Assembly: GCA_950097015.1 (NCBI GenBank)
Contig: CATNEN010000002.1
Coordinates: 6,634,001-6,698,000 of the forward strand
DNA: 64,000 nucleotides
Direction: 5' to 3'
From: Macrostomum hystrix
Lineage: Eukaryota > Animalia > Platyhelminthes
Shown here: piece after piece, positions 47,877 to 60,999 of the stretch
How the letters are laid out: each line of letters starts with the position of its first letter
Numbering within the stretch: the stretch's first letter is position 1
Position numbers and translations under genes: made by a program
Notes under the pieces: generated by a model
The model's input: only the letters and a program-made list of their open reading frames with translations
Database searches by the model: none
What the model was told of the DNA's origin: nothing

Positions 47877-48757
47877 CGTACTTTCGTACGTTCGTACTTT
47901 CGTACGTTCGTACTTTCGTACGTTCGTACTTTCGTACGTTCGTACTTTCGTACGTTCGTACTTTCGTACGTTCGTACTTTCGTACGTTCGTACTTTCGTA
48001 CGTTCGTACTTTCGTACGTTCGTACTTTCGTACGTTCGTACTTTCGTACGTTCGTACTTTCGTACGTTCGTACTTTCGTACGTTCGTACTTTCGTACGTT
48101 CGTACTTTCGTACGTTCGTACTTTCGTACGTTCGTACTTTCGTACGTTCGTACTTTCGTACGTTCGTACTTTCGTACGTTCGTACTTTCGTACGTTCGTA
48201 CTTTCGTACGTTCTTACTTTCGTACGTTCGTACTTTCGTACGTTCGTACTTTCGTACGTTCGTACTTTCGTACGTTCGTACTTTCGTACGTTCGTACTTT
48301 CGTACGTTCGTACTTTCGTACGTTCGTACTTTCGTACGTTCGTACTTTCGTACGTTCGTACTTTCGTACGTTCGTACTTTCGTACGTTCGTACTTTCGTA
48401 CGTTCGTACTTTCGTACGTTCGTACTTTCGTACGTTCGTACTTTCGTACGTTCGTACTTTCGTACGTTCGTACTTTCGTACGTTCGTACTTTCGTACGTT
48501 CGTACTTTCGTACGTTCGTACTTTCGTACGTTCGTACTTTCGTACGTTCGTACTTTCGTACGTTCGTACTTTCGTACGTTCGTACTTTCGTACGTTCGTA
48601 CTTTCGTACGTTCGTACTTTCGTACGTTCGTACTTTCGTACGTTCGTACTTTCGTACGTTCGTACTTTCGTACGTTCGTACTTTCGTACGTTCGTACTTT
48701 CGTACGTTCGTACTTTCGTACGTTCGTACTTTCGTACGTTCGTACTTTCGTACGTTC
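47877..48757. repeat. Near-perfect 16-bp minisatellite CGTACTTTCGTACGTT (~55 copies)
   Basis: Direct reading; one visible variant near 48213. Confidence 0.98.
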
Positions 48758-48804
48758 TTCTGTACGTACTTTCATATACGTTCGTACTGCAAGCGAAGTC
48801 CCTG

Positions 48805-48892
48805 AGCGGTTATACCAAATTAATGTGGTCTTTGCCGCGCAATCGAGCTCAGGAACCTTGGCAAACGAGTTAGACCCCTTTGTCGCTCACCC
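48805..48892 (-). mobile_element. SINE head fragment (tRNA-like portion)
   Basis: TGTGGTCTTTGCCGCGCAATCGAGCTCAGGAACCTTGG matches the reverse complement of 62370-62410. Confidence 0.65.
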
Positions 48893-49371
48893 CGGATTGA
48901 AGGCTTGACTACTGCCTGCCGATAATAAAGTCAGGTCGGATGCGCACACCTGTAGTATGTGCCAGCTTACAAAATCTGTACATGTATGCTCAGAAAACTT
49001 TAGACTACTTACTTAAGTAGTTATATTGGGAAGCTAATTGAAAATTTTCTTTAAAAAAAACAAATTTCTAGCTTGAGGCAATGGTGATTAGGCTGAAATC
49101 AGTCATTAAGGCCAAAATATAGATTTTTAACGGCCATTGATCGATAACGCCAACTGGGAGGCCTTGAAACTTGGTTTTATCCCTAAATAGGGGAGCATTG
49201 TTCTTCCCAGGGGACGCAGGGCCAACTGAATCAGGGATTTTAGCGAGCACATATCTGAAAAAACGTTTTCATCCAGCATTTAAATTGCTGAGTTTTCGGG
49301 AGCCCTTACACAAAACAGATTACGAGAATCAATTTTTCTGAATTTTCCATGCAAACCAAAGTTACGAATCT

Positions 49372-50884
49372 TTCACCCAGATTCACTCGATACATTCACC
49401 CAGATTCACTCGATACATTCACCCAGATTCACTCGATACATTCACCCAGATTCACTCGATACATTCACCCAGATTCACTCAAAACATTCACCCAGATTCA
49501 CTCGATACATTCACCCAGATTCACTCAAAACATTCACCCAGATTCACTCGATACATTCACCCAGATTCACTCGATACATTCACCCAGATTCACTCGATAC
49601 ATTCACCCAGATTCACTCGATACATTCACCCAGATTCACTCGAAACATTCACCCAGATTCACTCGAAACATTCACCCAGATTCACACAATACATTCACCC
49701 AGATTCACTCGATACATTCACCTAGATTCACTCGATACATTCACCCAGATTCACTCGATACATTCACCCAGATTCACTCGATACATTCACCCAGATTCAC
49801 TCGATACATTCACCCAGATTCACTCGATACATTCACCCAGATTCACTCGATACATTCACCCAGATTCACTCGATACATTCACCCGGATTCACTCGATACA
49901 TTCACCCAGATTCACTCGATACATTCACCCGAATTCACTCGATACATTCACCCAGATTCACTCGATACATTCACCCAGATTCACTCGATACATTCACCCA
50001 GATTCACTCGATACATTCACCCAGATTCACTCGATACATTCACCCAGATTCACACAATACATTCACCCAGATTCACTCGATACATTCACCCGGATTCACT
50101 CGATACATTCACCCAGATTCACTCGATACATTCACCCAGATTCACTCGATACATTCAACCAGATTCACTCGATATATTAACCCAGATTCACTCGATACAT
50201 TCACCCAGATTCACACAATACATTCACCCAGATTCACTCGATACATTCACCCAGATTCACTCGATAAATTCACCCAGATTCACTCGATACATTCACCCAG
50301 ATTCACTCGATACATTCACCCAGATTCACTCGATACATTCACCCGAATTCACTCGATACATTCACCCAGATTCACTCGATACATTCACCCAAACCCACAC
50401 GACACATTCACCCGGATTCACTCGATACATTCACCTAGAATCACACAATACATTCACCCAGATTCACTCGATACATTCACCCAGATTCACACGATACATT
50501 CACCCAGATTCACTCGATACATTCACCCAGATTTACTCGAGTAATTCACCTAGAATAACACAATACATTCACCCAGATTCACTCGATACATTCACCTAGA
50601 TTCACTCGATACATTCACCTAGAATCACAAGAGGATCACTCACAGATTCACTCGATACATTCACCTAGATTCACTCGATACATTCACACAAACCCACACG
50701 ACACATTCACCCGGATTCACTCGATACATTCACCCAGATTCACTCGATACATTCACCCAGATTCACTCGATACATTCACCTAGATTCACTCGATACATTC
50801 ACCCAGATTCACTCGATACATTCACCCAGATTCACTCGATACATTCACCCAGATTCACACAATACATTCACCCAGATTCACTCG
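49372..50884. repeat. 23-bp minisatellite CATTCACCCAGATTCACTCGATA (~66 copies)
   Basis: Period 23 (49381 to 49404). Confidence 0.97.
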
Positions 50885-51347
50885 ATTATTTAGTTTATTT
50901 CTATCTAGTTATCAACTTGTCTCACATTATCAACAGCTAACATGTCTCTTTAAAAAATCGGATTTCTTGAAGCACGCAAAAAGTGCATTTTTAAAACGAA
51001 ATCCTTTAAGACTGGCACTGGCACCTGTTCTGAAATAACAAAGAAAATGCTTTAACTTTCCCCACTTTACCGTAAGGAAATCAGTTGACGCAAGAATAAA
51101 GACTCTAGGACTAAAATAATAATCAGAACTTGGATTAAATTTGTGTTGATTTAACTTTCCCAAAAATGAACGTCGATAAAACACTGCACTTTCACGTTCT
51201 TGAAAATTTCCTCGCTCCTTGAAAATTTGACCGATGACCGAAGCAATAAAATCAATTCATTTTTTGTTTCGGAAAAGTAAAATTTCCACAAAGCTGAATT
51301 TCGAAAAAAAGCGATTTAAAAAATTGAAATTTAGAGATTTGAAGTTC

Positions 51348-51865
51348 CAGGAAAGTGGAATTAGGAAAATTGTAATTTTCGGGAAATTAAAATTTCGGGA
51401 ACGTAAAATTTCGGGAAAGTGGAATTTTTGGAAAGTGGAATTTTGAGAAAGTGGAATTTCAGGAAAGTGGAATTTCAGGAAAGTGGAATTTCAGGAAAGT
51501 GGATTTTAAGAAAATGGATTTTCGGGAAAGTGGAATTTTGGGAAAGTGGAATTTCGGGAAAGTGGAATTTTGGGAAAATGGATTTTCGGGAAAGTCGATC
51601 ATTTCGGGAAAGTGGAATTTCGGGAAAATGGAATTTCGGAAAAGTGGAATTTCGGGAAAGTGGAATTTCGGGAAAGTGGAATTTCGGGAAAGTGGTATTT
51701 CGGGAAAGTGGATTTTCGGGAAAGTTGAATTTCGGGAAAGTCGAATTTCGGGAAAGTCGAATTTCGGGAAAGTGGTATTTCGGGAAAGTGGATTTTCGGG
51801 AAAGTGGAATTATCGGAAGGTGTATTTTTTGGAAATAGGAATATCAAAGTGTGGAATTTCGGGAA
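51348..51865. repeat. 16-bp minisatellite GGAAAGTGGAATTTCG
   Basis: Period 16 (51661 to 51677). Confidence 0.93.
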
Positions 51866-52552
51866 TATGCAGGAAAACTCGGAATGACAAATCAGTGATG
51901 CTTTTGTCATTCAGCAATGTAAAAAGACAGTGTCCAAGTCTTTCATAAGCTTTTTCCTTTTCCTTTCAACGTCACTTCCAATCCCATTGCAAATGGATTG
52001 TCCCAGTTATGTGTTTATGCGCTACAGTGTTAAAAATGGCTTTCGCCTTCTGATAAATATTTACAGGCGAGATGTGCGACTGACAAGCACAGAGAATTGT
52101 GGACTGTGGACTTTGAAGTGCAAAATTTGAGGGAATGGCGAGTGAATTTTCATCCTTGCATGTCCCTTCTTGTCTCTCCCTCTCTCCTGCTCTTCATTAG
52201 GGCCTCAAGCTCACACTCACCCACTAGGAAGAGGAAGAACAATGCGATTCTCACCGTCCCATTGTTAGTGTGACTATCCGATTCAACTGGCACCTGAGTG
52301 CAACTGATGCCGGTGCATGGCATTGGGTTTCAACATTTTGCATCGCATTCTTCTCTCAGCATCCCACCGATTCTTGAAGACCCTTTTGTATCTGCGGGCT
52401 TTGTGTTTTCATCCTGTGACTCTGGTGAGTTGTGCTCAAATAAATTGACAAAATCTATCAATGCCTTAGACAGTTATATTATTGTAAACATGGTTTTCAA
52501 CATCTAAAGGAATAAAACTCAAAATACTGACTTTGTACAAGTGAACTCGCAT

Positions 52553-52952
52553 TATGTAGATTTATCCTCACGTGCGTTCTCTAAGCTGGGTAGATTTACC
52601 CTCGCCTGCGATTTCTAAGAAATGATAGATTTACTCCTCACCTGTGATTTCTAAGAAATTATAGCTTTATCCTCACCTGTGATTTCTAAGAAATTATAGC
52701 TTTATCCTCACCTGTGATTTCTAAGAAGTTATAGATTTATCCTCACCTGTGATTTCTAAGAAATTATAGCTTTATCCTCACCTGTGATTTCTAAGAAATT
52801 ATAGATTTGTTCTTACCTGCGATTTCTAAGAAACGATAGATTTATTCTCACCCTTTGATTTTTAACAAAGGTAGATTTATTCTCACCCTGTGATTTTTAA
52901 CAAAGGTAGATTTATTCTCACCCTGTGATTTTTAACAAAGGTAGATTTATCC
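52553..52952. repeat. 35-bp minisatellite CCTCACCTGTGATTTCTAAGAAATTATAGCTTTAT
   Basis: Period 35 (52636 to 52671). Confidence 0.92.
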
Positions 52953-53328
52953 TAGCCACGTGACCTCTAGCCTGGTAAATAGGAAAAAACAGCAAATTTC
53001 GTGCATCGTTGCGTGTGGGACAACAGCTGTGTCGTGGCAATCACAGCAGAGGAAGCCGCGACCATGCGTTGAACGATTGAATGGGATTGGAATTGCGGAA
53101 TTCCGGCTTCGTTGATTGGCTGGCTCGTTGCCAACAAATCACGGGGGTGTTTAATTCTGAGTAAGACAGCGCGCAGGCAACCCGCACTGAAAATGCTTGT
53201 CAACGGCTCGTGTGCTATTTATAAGCTTCAGGCCTTCCAAAACTACAAAATTCTCGCTTTGTTAGGGCTGAAAGCAGACAGACGCGCAGAAGTGATCTTT
53301 GGTTACGCGGCAGATGGTCACGGAAGTC

Positions 53329-53620
53329 ATGACGACAAAGCTTCAAGCCGCGCTGCTGTGCCTGTTCAATCTGATCTGCTGCAGCGGCGTCTGGAGCTTC
53401 AACTGCACCAGCGGCAGCCGGCCACTGTGTCCGCAGCCCTGCGGTACCCAGACCAGCTGTCGCTCCTGGCTCCTGGCTGAAGGCAGGCCGCACAGGCCGC
53501 ACAATGTCACTTGTCGACGCGCAGATGCGGCTCCGGGCAGTTGCCAGTGCGAGGCAAAGTATTTCACATCGCTGACGACCAAGAATGAACAGTTAGGGAG
53601 GCCGATCTTCTGTCTGGAAG
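53329..53620 (+). CDS. Candidate secreted Cys-rich protein, exon 1 (signal peptide plus EGF-like Cys cluster)
   Basis: TATTTATAA at ~53216; MTTKLQAALLCLFNLICCSGVWS signal-like; 8 Cys downstream including SCQCEAKY; phase-1 donor GAAG|GTGAGA. Confidence 0.6.
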
Positions 53621-53744
53621 GTGAGAGTGAGAAATGAGGAAAAAAAGGAAAAAATTAATTGTATAATTAGCGATATTTAGCACCTGCCACATCTTCCATC
53701 GATTTGACTCAATTTATACCAAATGAACTGTAAATAAAAGAACC

Positions 53745-54295
53745 ATTCTACCAATCTACCTCTCAATCCACCAATCTACCTCTCAATCCACCAATCTACC
53801 TCTCAATCCACCAATCTACCTCTCAATCCACCACTCTACCTCTCAATCTACCAATCTACCTCTCAATCCACCAATCTACCTCTCAATCCACCAATCTACC
53901 TCTATTTAACTCTACCTACCAATCTAACTGCCAATCAACTAATCTACCTCTCTTTCTACTTATCTACCTCTGCATGTATCTACCCAACCAAATCCCAATT
54001 TACCTATCTAAATCCCAAACTACCAATCTACCTCTCTATCTACCTCTCAATCCACCAATCTACCTCTCAATCCGCCAATCTACCTCACAATCCACCAATC
54101 TACCTCTATCTAACTCTACCTACCAATCTAACTGCCAATCAACTAATCTACCTCTCTTTCTACTTATCTACCTCTGCATGTATCTACCCAACCAAATCCC
54201 AATTTACCAATCTAAATCCCAAACTACCAATCTACCTCTCTATCTACCTCTCAATCCACCAATCTAACTCTCTATCAACCAATCTACCTCTCTAC
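53745..54295. repeat. CCAATCTACCTCTCAATCCA 20-bp repeat with a ~204-bp higher-order duplication
   Basis: TAACTCTACC at 53907 and 54111 with colinear downstream sequence. Confidence 0.88.
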
Positions 54296-54621
54296 GTATC
54301 TAGACTTCAGGCTTCTTAAACTAAACAAGTCTGTCAATCTTCTATTTATTTCTTTTACTTTCTCTGATCGATTTCTCCATTATTTTGTCTACCCATCCAT
54401 GCGTAAATTTTTACCTCTTGACCTCCGCACTGACTTCGCTGGCTTAAAATTCAACCACTCCAGCCTTCATTCAACTGTCCAACACTCAAATCCCTCCTAT
54501 GAAGTGCCTTTTATTCTTGGAAAACCAACCTGAAGTCCCTCCTCGAGTCTCATTCGTAAAAAAGTCTCCAACCTGCCCGTCTCCTTCTCGAAATCGATAT
54601 CCGACTTTTTTTCTCCTCCGG

Positions 54622-54711
54622 CTCTCGAATGCCCCGACATTTCAAGCAAAGGCGGAGTGACACTACCGCGGCTTGCGATGAAAGGAACATTGAAGTGTCA
54701 CATTCCAGCGG
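54622..54711 (+). CDS. Candidate Cys-rich protein, putative exon 2 (phase 1-1, non-canonical GG acceptor)
   Basis: Strong pyrimidine tract TTTTTTTCTCCTCCGG|, 90-bp open symmetric exon (A)LECPDISSKGGVTLPRLAMKGTLKCHIPA, donor G|GTACTT. Confidence 0.4.
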
Positions 54712-54748
54712 GTACTTACAATGTACGCGTCTTATCCCTCTTGCCTCT

Positions 54749-55468
54749 AGAGAGATAGAGAGACAGAGAGACAGAGAGACAGAGACAGAGACAGAGAGAC
54801 AGAGAGACAGAGACAGAGACGGAGAGACAGAGACAGAGAGACAGAGAGACAAAGAGACAGAGAGACAGAGAGACAGAGAGACAGAGAGACAGATAGACAG
54901 AGAGACAGAGAGACAGAGAGACAGAGAGACAGAGAGACAGAGAGACAGAGAGACAGAGAGACAGAGAGACAGAGACAGAGAGACAGAGACAGAGAGACAG
55001 AGAGACAGAGAGACAGAGAGACAGAGAGACAGAGACAGAGAGACAGAGAGACAGAGAGACAGAGACAGAGACAGAGAGACAGAGACAGAGAGACAGAGAC
55101 AGAGAGACAGAGACAGAGAGACAGAGACAGAGACAGAGAGACAGAGAGACAGAGACAGAGAGACAGAGAGACAGAGAGACAGAGACAGAGAGACAGAGAC
55201 AGAGAGACAGAGACAGAGAGACAGAGACAGAGAGACAGAGACAGAGAGACAGAGAGACAGAGAGACAGAGAGACAGAGACAGAGAGACAGAGAGACAGAG
55301 AGACAGAGACAGAGAGACAGAGACAGAGAGACAGAGACAGAGAGACAGAGAGACAGAGAGACAAAGACAGAGAGACAGGGACAGAGAGACAGAGACAGAG
55401 AGACAGAGACAGAGAGACAGAGAGACAGAGAGACAGAGAGACAGAGACAGAGAGACAGAGACAGAGAC
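54749..55468. repeat. (AGAGAC/AGAGAGAC)n compound microsatellite
   Basis: Direct reading. Confidence 0.97.
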
Positions 55469-55530
55469 ATACACAGACGGCACAGGAGAGAAAGAACAGA
55501 GTTTGAGTGTCCGAAGGAGTCTGTAGTGGA

Positions 55531-55707
55531 TGAGCATTCTGAGCATTCTGAGCATTCTGAGCATTCTGAGCATTCTGAGCATTCTGAGCATTCTGAGCAT
55601 TCTGAGCATTCTGAGCATTCTGAGCATTCTGAGCATTCTGAGCATTCTGAGCATTCTGAGCATTCTGAGCATTCTGAGCATTCTGAGCATTCTGAGCATT
55701 CTGAGCA
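55531..55707. repeat. (GAGCATTCT)n 9-bp perfect repeat
   Basis: Direct reading. Confidence 0.97.
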
Positions 55708-55799
55708 CCTGAGCCCTCGCATTAAGCCGGCAATAAATCTCAGGTTCGGATTCACAAAACACCAGATGAGGCATTATCGGAGTCTGGGCGGCTCGCCAG

Positions 55800-55957
55800 T
55801 GAGAATAGCCCATGCAGTGAGCTGTTGCCATGCGGGTCTCATCCCTTGGGGGGATTATTTTGGAAGCTTAGATAGGCTTTGTTCGCGAATCAGCCATCTC
55901 ATACTGCTGCTGCTGCTACTGCTGCCGCTGCTGCTGCTGATCAATAATGCATTGTGA
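55800..55957 (+). CDS. Candidate Cys-rich protein, putative terminal exon with hydrophobic C-terminal tail (GPI signal or TM)
   Basis: Phase-1 acceptor CTCGCCAG|TG; (V)[51 protein letters not shown]; acceptor is weak. Confidence 0.4.
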
Positions 55958-56517
55958 ATCATAATTGCTTCCCTGCCTGTCCCATTCTTGGTCCCTTTGG
56001 CCCACCAGACCGGCAATTTCTCCTCCCCTACGGACACCCTCTAGACCGACGCGATCCTCATTTATCAAATAAAAAATATAAGGCCAACTCTCGCTTCCAG
56101 GCAAGACCGATTTGCATATCGCTGTGCTAGGGTGGAGCTTGAAAACAGAAGCTGCTGCACGATTTCATGGCCATATTTTTCGTTTCACATTATTTTTGGT
56201 CAACGGCGTTAATTCCATTCTCCTCAATTGAATATCCTGACAGATGGGGATTTGGTGCGATTATCGGAACGAGAGAAAGAGAAAACTCACCTGACTAAAG
56301 CCACCTAGTGAAGCCAGTTAATCCCACAAGCAATGGTTTGGCTGCCATCTGTTTGTGTCTGCTTGCCAGAAACAGATTGCCAGATATGGCTGTTGGAGAT
56401 CGAATTCCCTAGAAACTTTCCTAGAAATAAGAATTATAAACTTGACCTTAAAACCCACGGCTTTCCAAGAAAAATTTTTCAAAAGAAAAATACTAACAAA
56501 GACTGCCAGATCAGAGA

Positions 56518-57493
56518 CGAGTCAGAGACAGAGAATGAGACGGACAGACAGGGAGACAGAGACAGAGAGACAGAGACAGAGACCGAGAGACAGAGAGACA
56601 GAGAGACAGAGAGACAAAGAGACAGAGAGACAGAGAGACAGAGAGACAGAGACAGAGAGACAGAGACAGAGACAGAGAGACAGAGAGACAGAGACAGAGA
56701 GACAGAGACAGAGACCGAGAGACAGAGAGACAGAGAGACAGAGAGACAGAGAGACAGAGACAGAGAGACAGAGACAGAGAGACAGAGAGACAGAGAGACA
56801 GAGACAGAGAGACAGAGACAGAGAGACAGAGACAGAGAGACAGAGACAGAGAGACAGAGACAGAGAGACAGAGAGACAGAGAGACAGAGAGACAGAGACA
56901 GAGAGACAGAGAGACAGAGAGACAGAGACAGAGAGACAGAGACAGAGAGACAGAGACAGAGAGACAGAGAGACAGAGAGACAGAGACAGAGAGACAGGGA
57001 CAGAGAGACAGAGACAGAGAGACAGAGAGACAGAGAGACAGAGACAGAGAGACAGAGACAGAGAGACAGAGACAGAGAGACAGAGACAGAGAGACAGAGA
57101 GACAGAGAGACAGAGAGACAGAGACAGAGAGACAGAGAGACAGAGAGACAGAGACAGAGAGACAGAGACAGAGAGACAGAGAGACAGAGACAGAGAGACA
57201 GAGACAGAGAGACAGAGACAGAGAGACAGAGAGACAGAGAGACAGAGACAGAGAGACAGAGACAGAGAGACAGAGACAGAGAGACAGAGAGACAGAGACA
57301 GAGAGACAGAGACAGAGACCGAGAGACAGAGAGACAGAGAGACAGAGACAGAGAGACAGAGAGACAGAGAGACAGAGACAGAGAGACAGAGACAGAGAGA
57401 CAGAGACAGAGAGACAGAGAGACAGAGAGACAGAGATAGAGATAGAGACAGAGAGACAGAGACAGGGAGGCAGAGAGTCAGAGACAGAGACAT
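56518..57493. repeat. (AGAGAC/AGAGAGAC)n compound microsatellite
   Basis: Direct reading. Confidence 0.97.
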
Positions 57494-57722
57494 AGAGACA
57501 AACATACATGGCACGAGTCTCACGTATGGCAGCTGCAGGTTTGATGAGCGGAAGTTTGTCGAAGTGACATAAAATGCATTTTTAATGGTTGGGCATGCCA
57601 GTGCATAATTCAGGCCTGCATTGGCCATATTTTCTCAATAAAAATATGCGCCCTCACTGCTGGGATCAGCCAGTTGAGTCTAGTGCAAATTTTGAGTGTC
57701 TTAATTTTGAGTTATTTGCAAT

Positions 57723-59526
57723 TGATAGATAGATAGATAGATAGATAGACGAAGGCCTCTTAGAGGCAATCCACGCACACAGTACTGAGTTTTCAGGAGA
57801 TTAATGAGTCTGAGTTCGATGTCTCTTCTCCTGCGTTGAGTTGCCTCTCTGTGCGTCTCACATTCAGGGCTGAGGTACCAAAGACCCATGAACCGTAAGT
57901 CCAGCAGGCTGTGGTCTGTAGATCGAAAATTTCTTAAGACCGGGGTATTTTTTGCCAGTCTAATGTCGCTCAGGTGGGCTTGCAGTCGGACTTTAAGGGC
58001 CCCTCCTGTCTCTCCAATGTAGACACAACGGTCATTACAGCTCCTGCATAAGATTTAGTACACAACGTTTCTAGAGTCGCAACGGACTTTCTGGCAGATC
58101 CTATATACCATGTTGGTAGAGTTGGATCCTGGACAGATCTGTCCAAAATGGCCATGTTGTCTACACACCCGACAGGTTTCATTATTGCAGTTGTGGAAGC
58201 CAAAATCCCACTGGCGGTCGATGAAGAAACCCAGTTGGATGAGAGCGGAGTATTTGGCATTCCGAATAGAGCGGACAGAATGACCTTGTTTCTTAAGGAT
58301 GCCCATTAGGCTAGAGCTGGCTCGGTCAAAGTCTTGCTTGTGTGTACAGCGACGGGCATAGCGTAGAAATTGGGATTTCAAAGTACCTTTAAAGGTGTGC
58401 TTCGGGTGGAAGGAGTCAGGATTAGGCAAGTGGCGAGAATCAGTCGGCTTGAAGTAGATGGAAGTCGTTAGAATCATCTTTATATTGCCCACTTCGGTGA
58501 GGGATACACAGCAGTCAAGGAAGTTGACACAGTCTTTACTGTACTGCATAGAGAGTCTGATGCTGGTGTCGAACTCGTTCAAATGTTGGTAGAGTTGCTT
58601 TAGTTGAGTTTCTGTGCCCACAAACACCATGAAAAGGTCGTCGATATAGCGTCTGTACAGACGTGGAGTGAAAGGGGCATTTGCCAATGCCCTGGATTCC
58701 CAGTCGGACATGAAAATATTGGCATAGGAGGGAGCGAAGGTCTTCCCCATGCTGGTGCCCTTGATTTGCAAGAAGCGACAGTCATTAAAAACTTAATCAT
58801 TCTGGTTAAGATTAATATCAAGGAGTCTGAGCAGTTGACGGTCCGGTCTGGATGGCGCAGGGAAATTGTTGAACGCCTCACTGACAACGGTTATCCCCTT
58901 GTCCGTTGGAATGTTGGTGTACAGGGATTCAACATCTAACGTGACCAGGAAGACGGACTCGTGAATGTTGAACGATAAGTCGTTGATAATAGCTTGGAAA
59001 TGGTCAGTGTCACGGATATAGGAATACTGCTCTCTTGCAATAGGTTGTAGAAAATAATCAATGAATTTCGCGCTCATGTAGCTCTCCGAACTGCAGTCCG
59101 AGACAATGGGCCTGCCAGGCGGAATGCCGGGAACGGGCCAGGTAGCAGGGTCCTTGTGGACTTTAGGGAGCAGGTAGAAGATCCTGTCCCTGGGTTCCAA
59201 GGGAGGAATTAACTGAGTAAACTGATGGTTGCTGATTATCTTATCCCTACGGAGTTCTTGAAAGATTTCCCTAATCACAGAACATGTTCTACTTCTTGAG
59301 GCAGAATCGACAGGTCGGTAAAAATCTGTGTTGGAGAGTTGCCTGTACGCTTCAATGATGTAAGCATCCCTATGAAGAACAACCATGTTGCTGCCTTTGT
59401 CCGCTGGTTTGATGACAATGCTGCGGTTGTTTTTCGGCTGGTCGCATGTTGATTCTGTTGAAAGCAGTACTAGGAACAGGAATGTTATCGAGAGCTGCAG
59501 ACAAAGTCTGGTGTGAATGCCTGGTG
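57723..59526 (-). mobile_element. Penelope-like retroelement (RT + Cys linker + GIY-YIG), disabled and 5'-truncated or interrupted
   Basis: IVIKPADKGSNMVV, FYLLPKVHK, PGRPIVS, LVTLDVESLYTNIP, QIKGTSMGK, YRRYIDD (58637-58648), CNNETCRVC linker, NVVY*ILCRSC...YIGETG...R..AH GIY-YIG; in-frame TAA at 58793-58795 and 58055-58057, frameshift near 59430; (CTAT)n at 3' end. Confidence 0.92.
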
Positions 59527-59978
<452 letters not shown>

Positions 59979-60999
59979 GTACAAAAGTGCTGCAGCTCGG
60001 CTGCCCCGGGGTCGCTCGCCAGGTCCAGGCACAAGTGTTGGCAAACCGAATTGATTCACTGATTGGGTTAGCTCTGTGATGACCGGAGTATCCCGGAAAC
60101 ATTGCAATGAGGCTTGGCAACTGAGGACTGAGATCCTTTTTCAAGCCAAGTTGTTGGTCGCCTGATTGTGCTCAACGAAGTTCGTGAGTTTGTCAGAAAT
60201 TCACACTCCTGAATCTTCTGTTATTAAAGAGGCTAAGCTGGAAAGTTAAATGAGTTTGCCGGTTTTGCTTGCAAACAAAATTTCGTCACTCGGTGACTAA
60301 TTAAATCGAGGTGTGACTCTGACCCTGAGAGCTAAGCGAATCGTCCATGATATCCCTCGCTTGAGCAAACCAGTGATTTGTTATCGCATTATCTCAACCA
60401 AAATTATTACCTCTGCTCAATAAAAGAGTCAGATCCCAACTGAAGGGGAGAATATAATCCATTCTCAAGAATAAAATGAAATCCCTACTCAAGAATCGAC
60501 AATCGATTCCCTACTCAACAAGACAATCAAATCCCCACACAATAATCTCCTACAATTAAATCAGTACTCATTGAAATTTACGTACGCATTGAAACTGAAA
60601 AAATAACTAGATCCACAAGTACTTTTTTTTATTTTGCTAAAGCAACTGAACCATGAAAACTAACCCGACCTACATATGTTATTTACTAACTACTTCAAAA
60701 AGTTCTATCACAAAATTCGTTTAAGAATCCCAAGAGAAACTTATGTGGCAACACGGGGTAGATCCCATTCAGCTGAGAGAATGAGATGAGTTGATCAACC
60801 ATGCTCATGTAGCCTCCAACAGGCGTTTATCGCAGCGAGCTGAGTTCTCAATCATGCTAATTGGTCAATCAGTGTAATGAGAACCAAATGGGGTATAGTT
60901 TAGATCGTGACCAAGGTCAGGGTACTTTTGTGGGTCACATCTGTGCTCAGGTGAAATTATATTTCGAGAACTAATTATGCTCTGAAAATCGGCTCTGGT

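Noticed and set aside
1651-52952. Regularly repeated 20-35-bp units as CRISPR arrays
   Set aside because: Units are head-to-tail with no unique spacers, there are no cas genes, and the context is eukaryotic
57536-57570. TTTGATGAG...CGAAG hammerhead-like core next to the Penelope 3' end
   Set aside because: Core deviates (UUGAUGA, GAAG) and stem II does not pair
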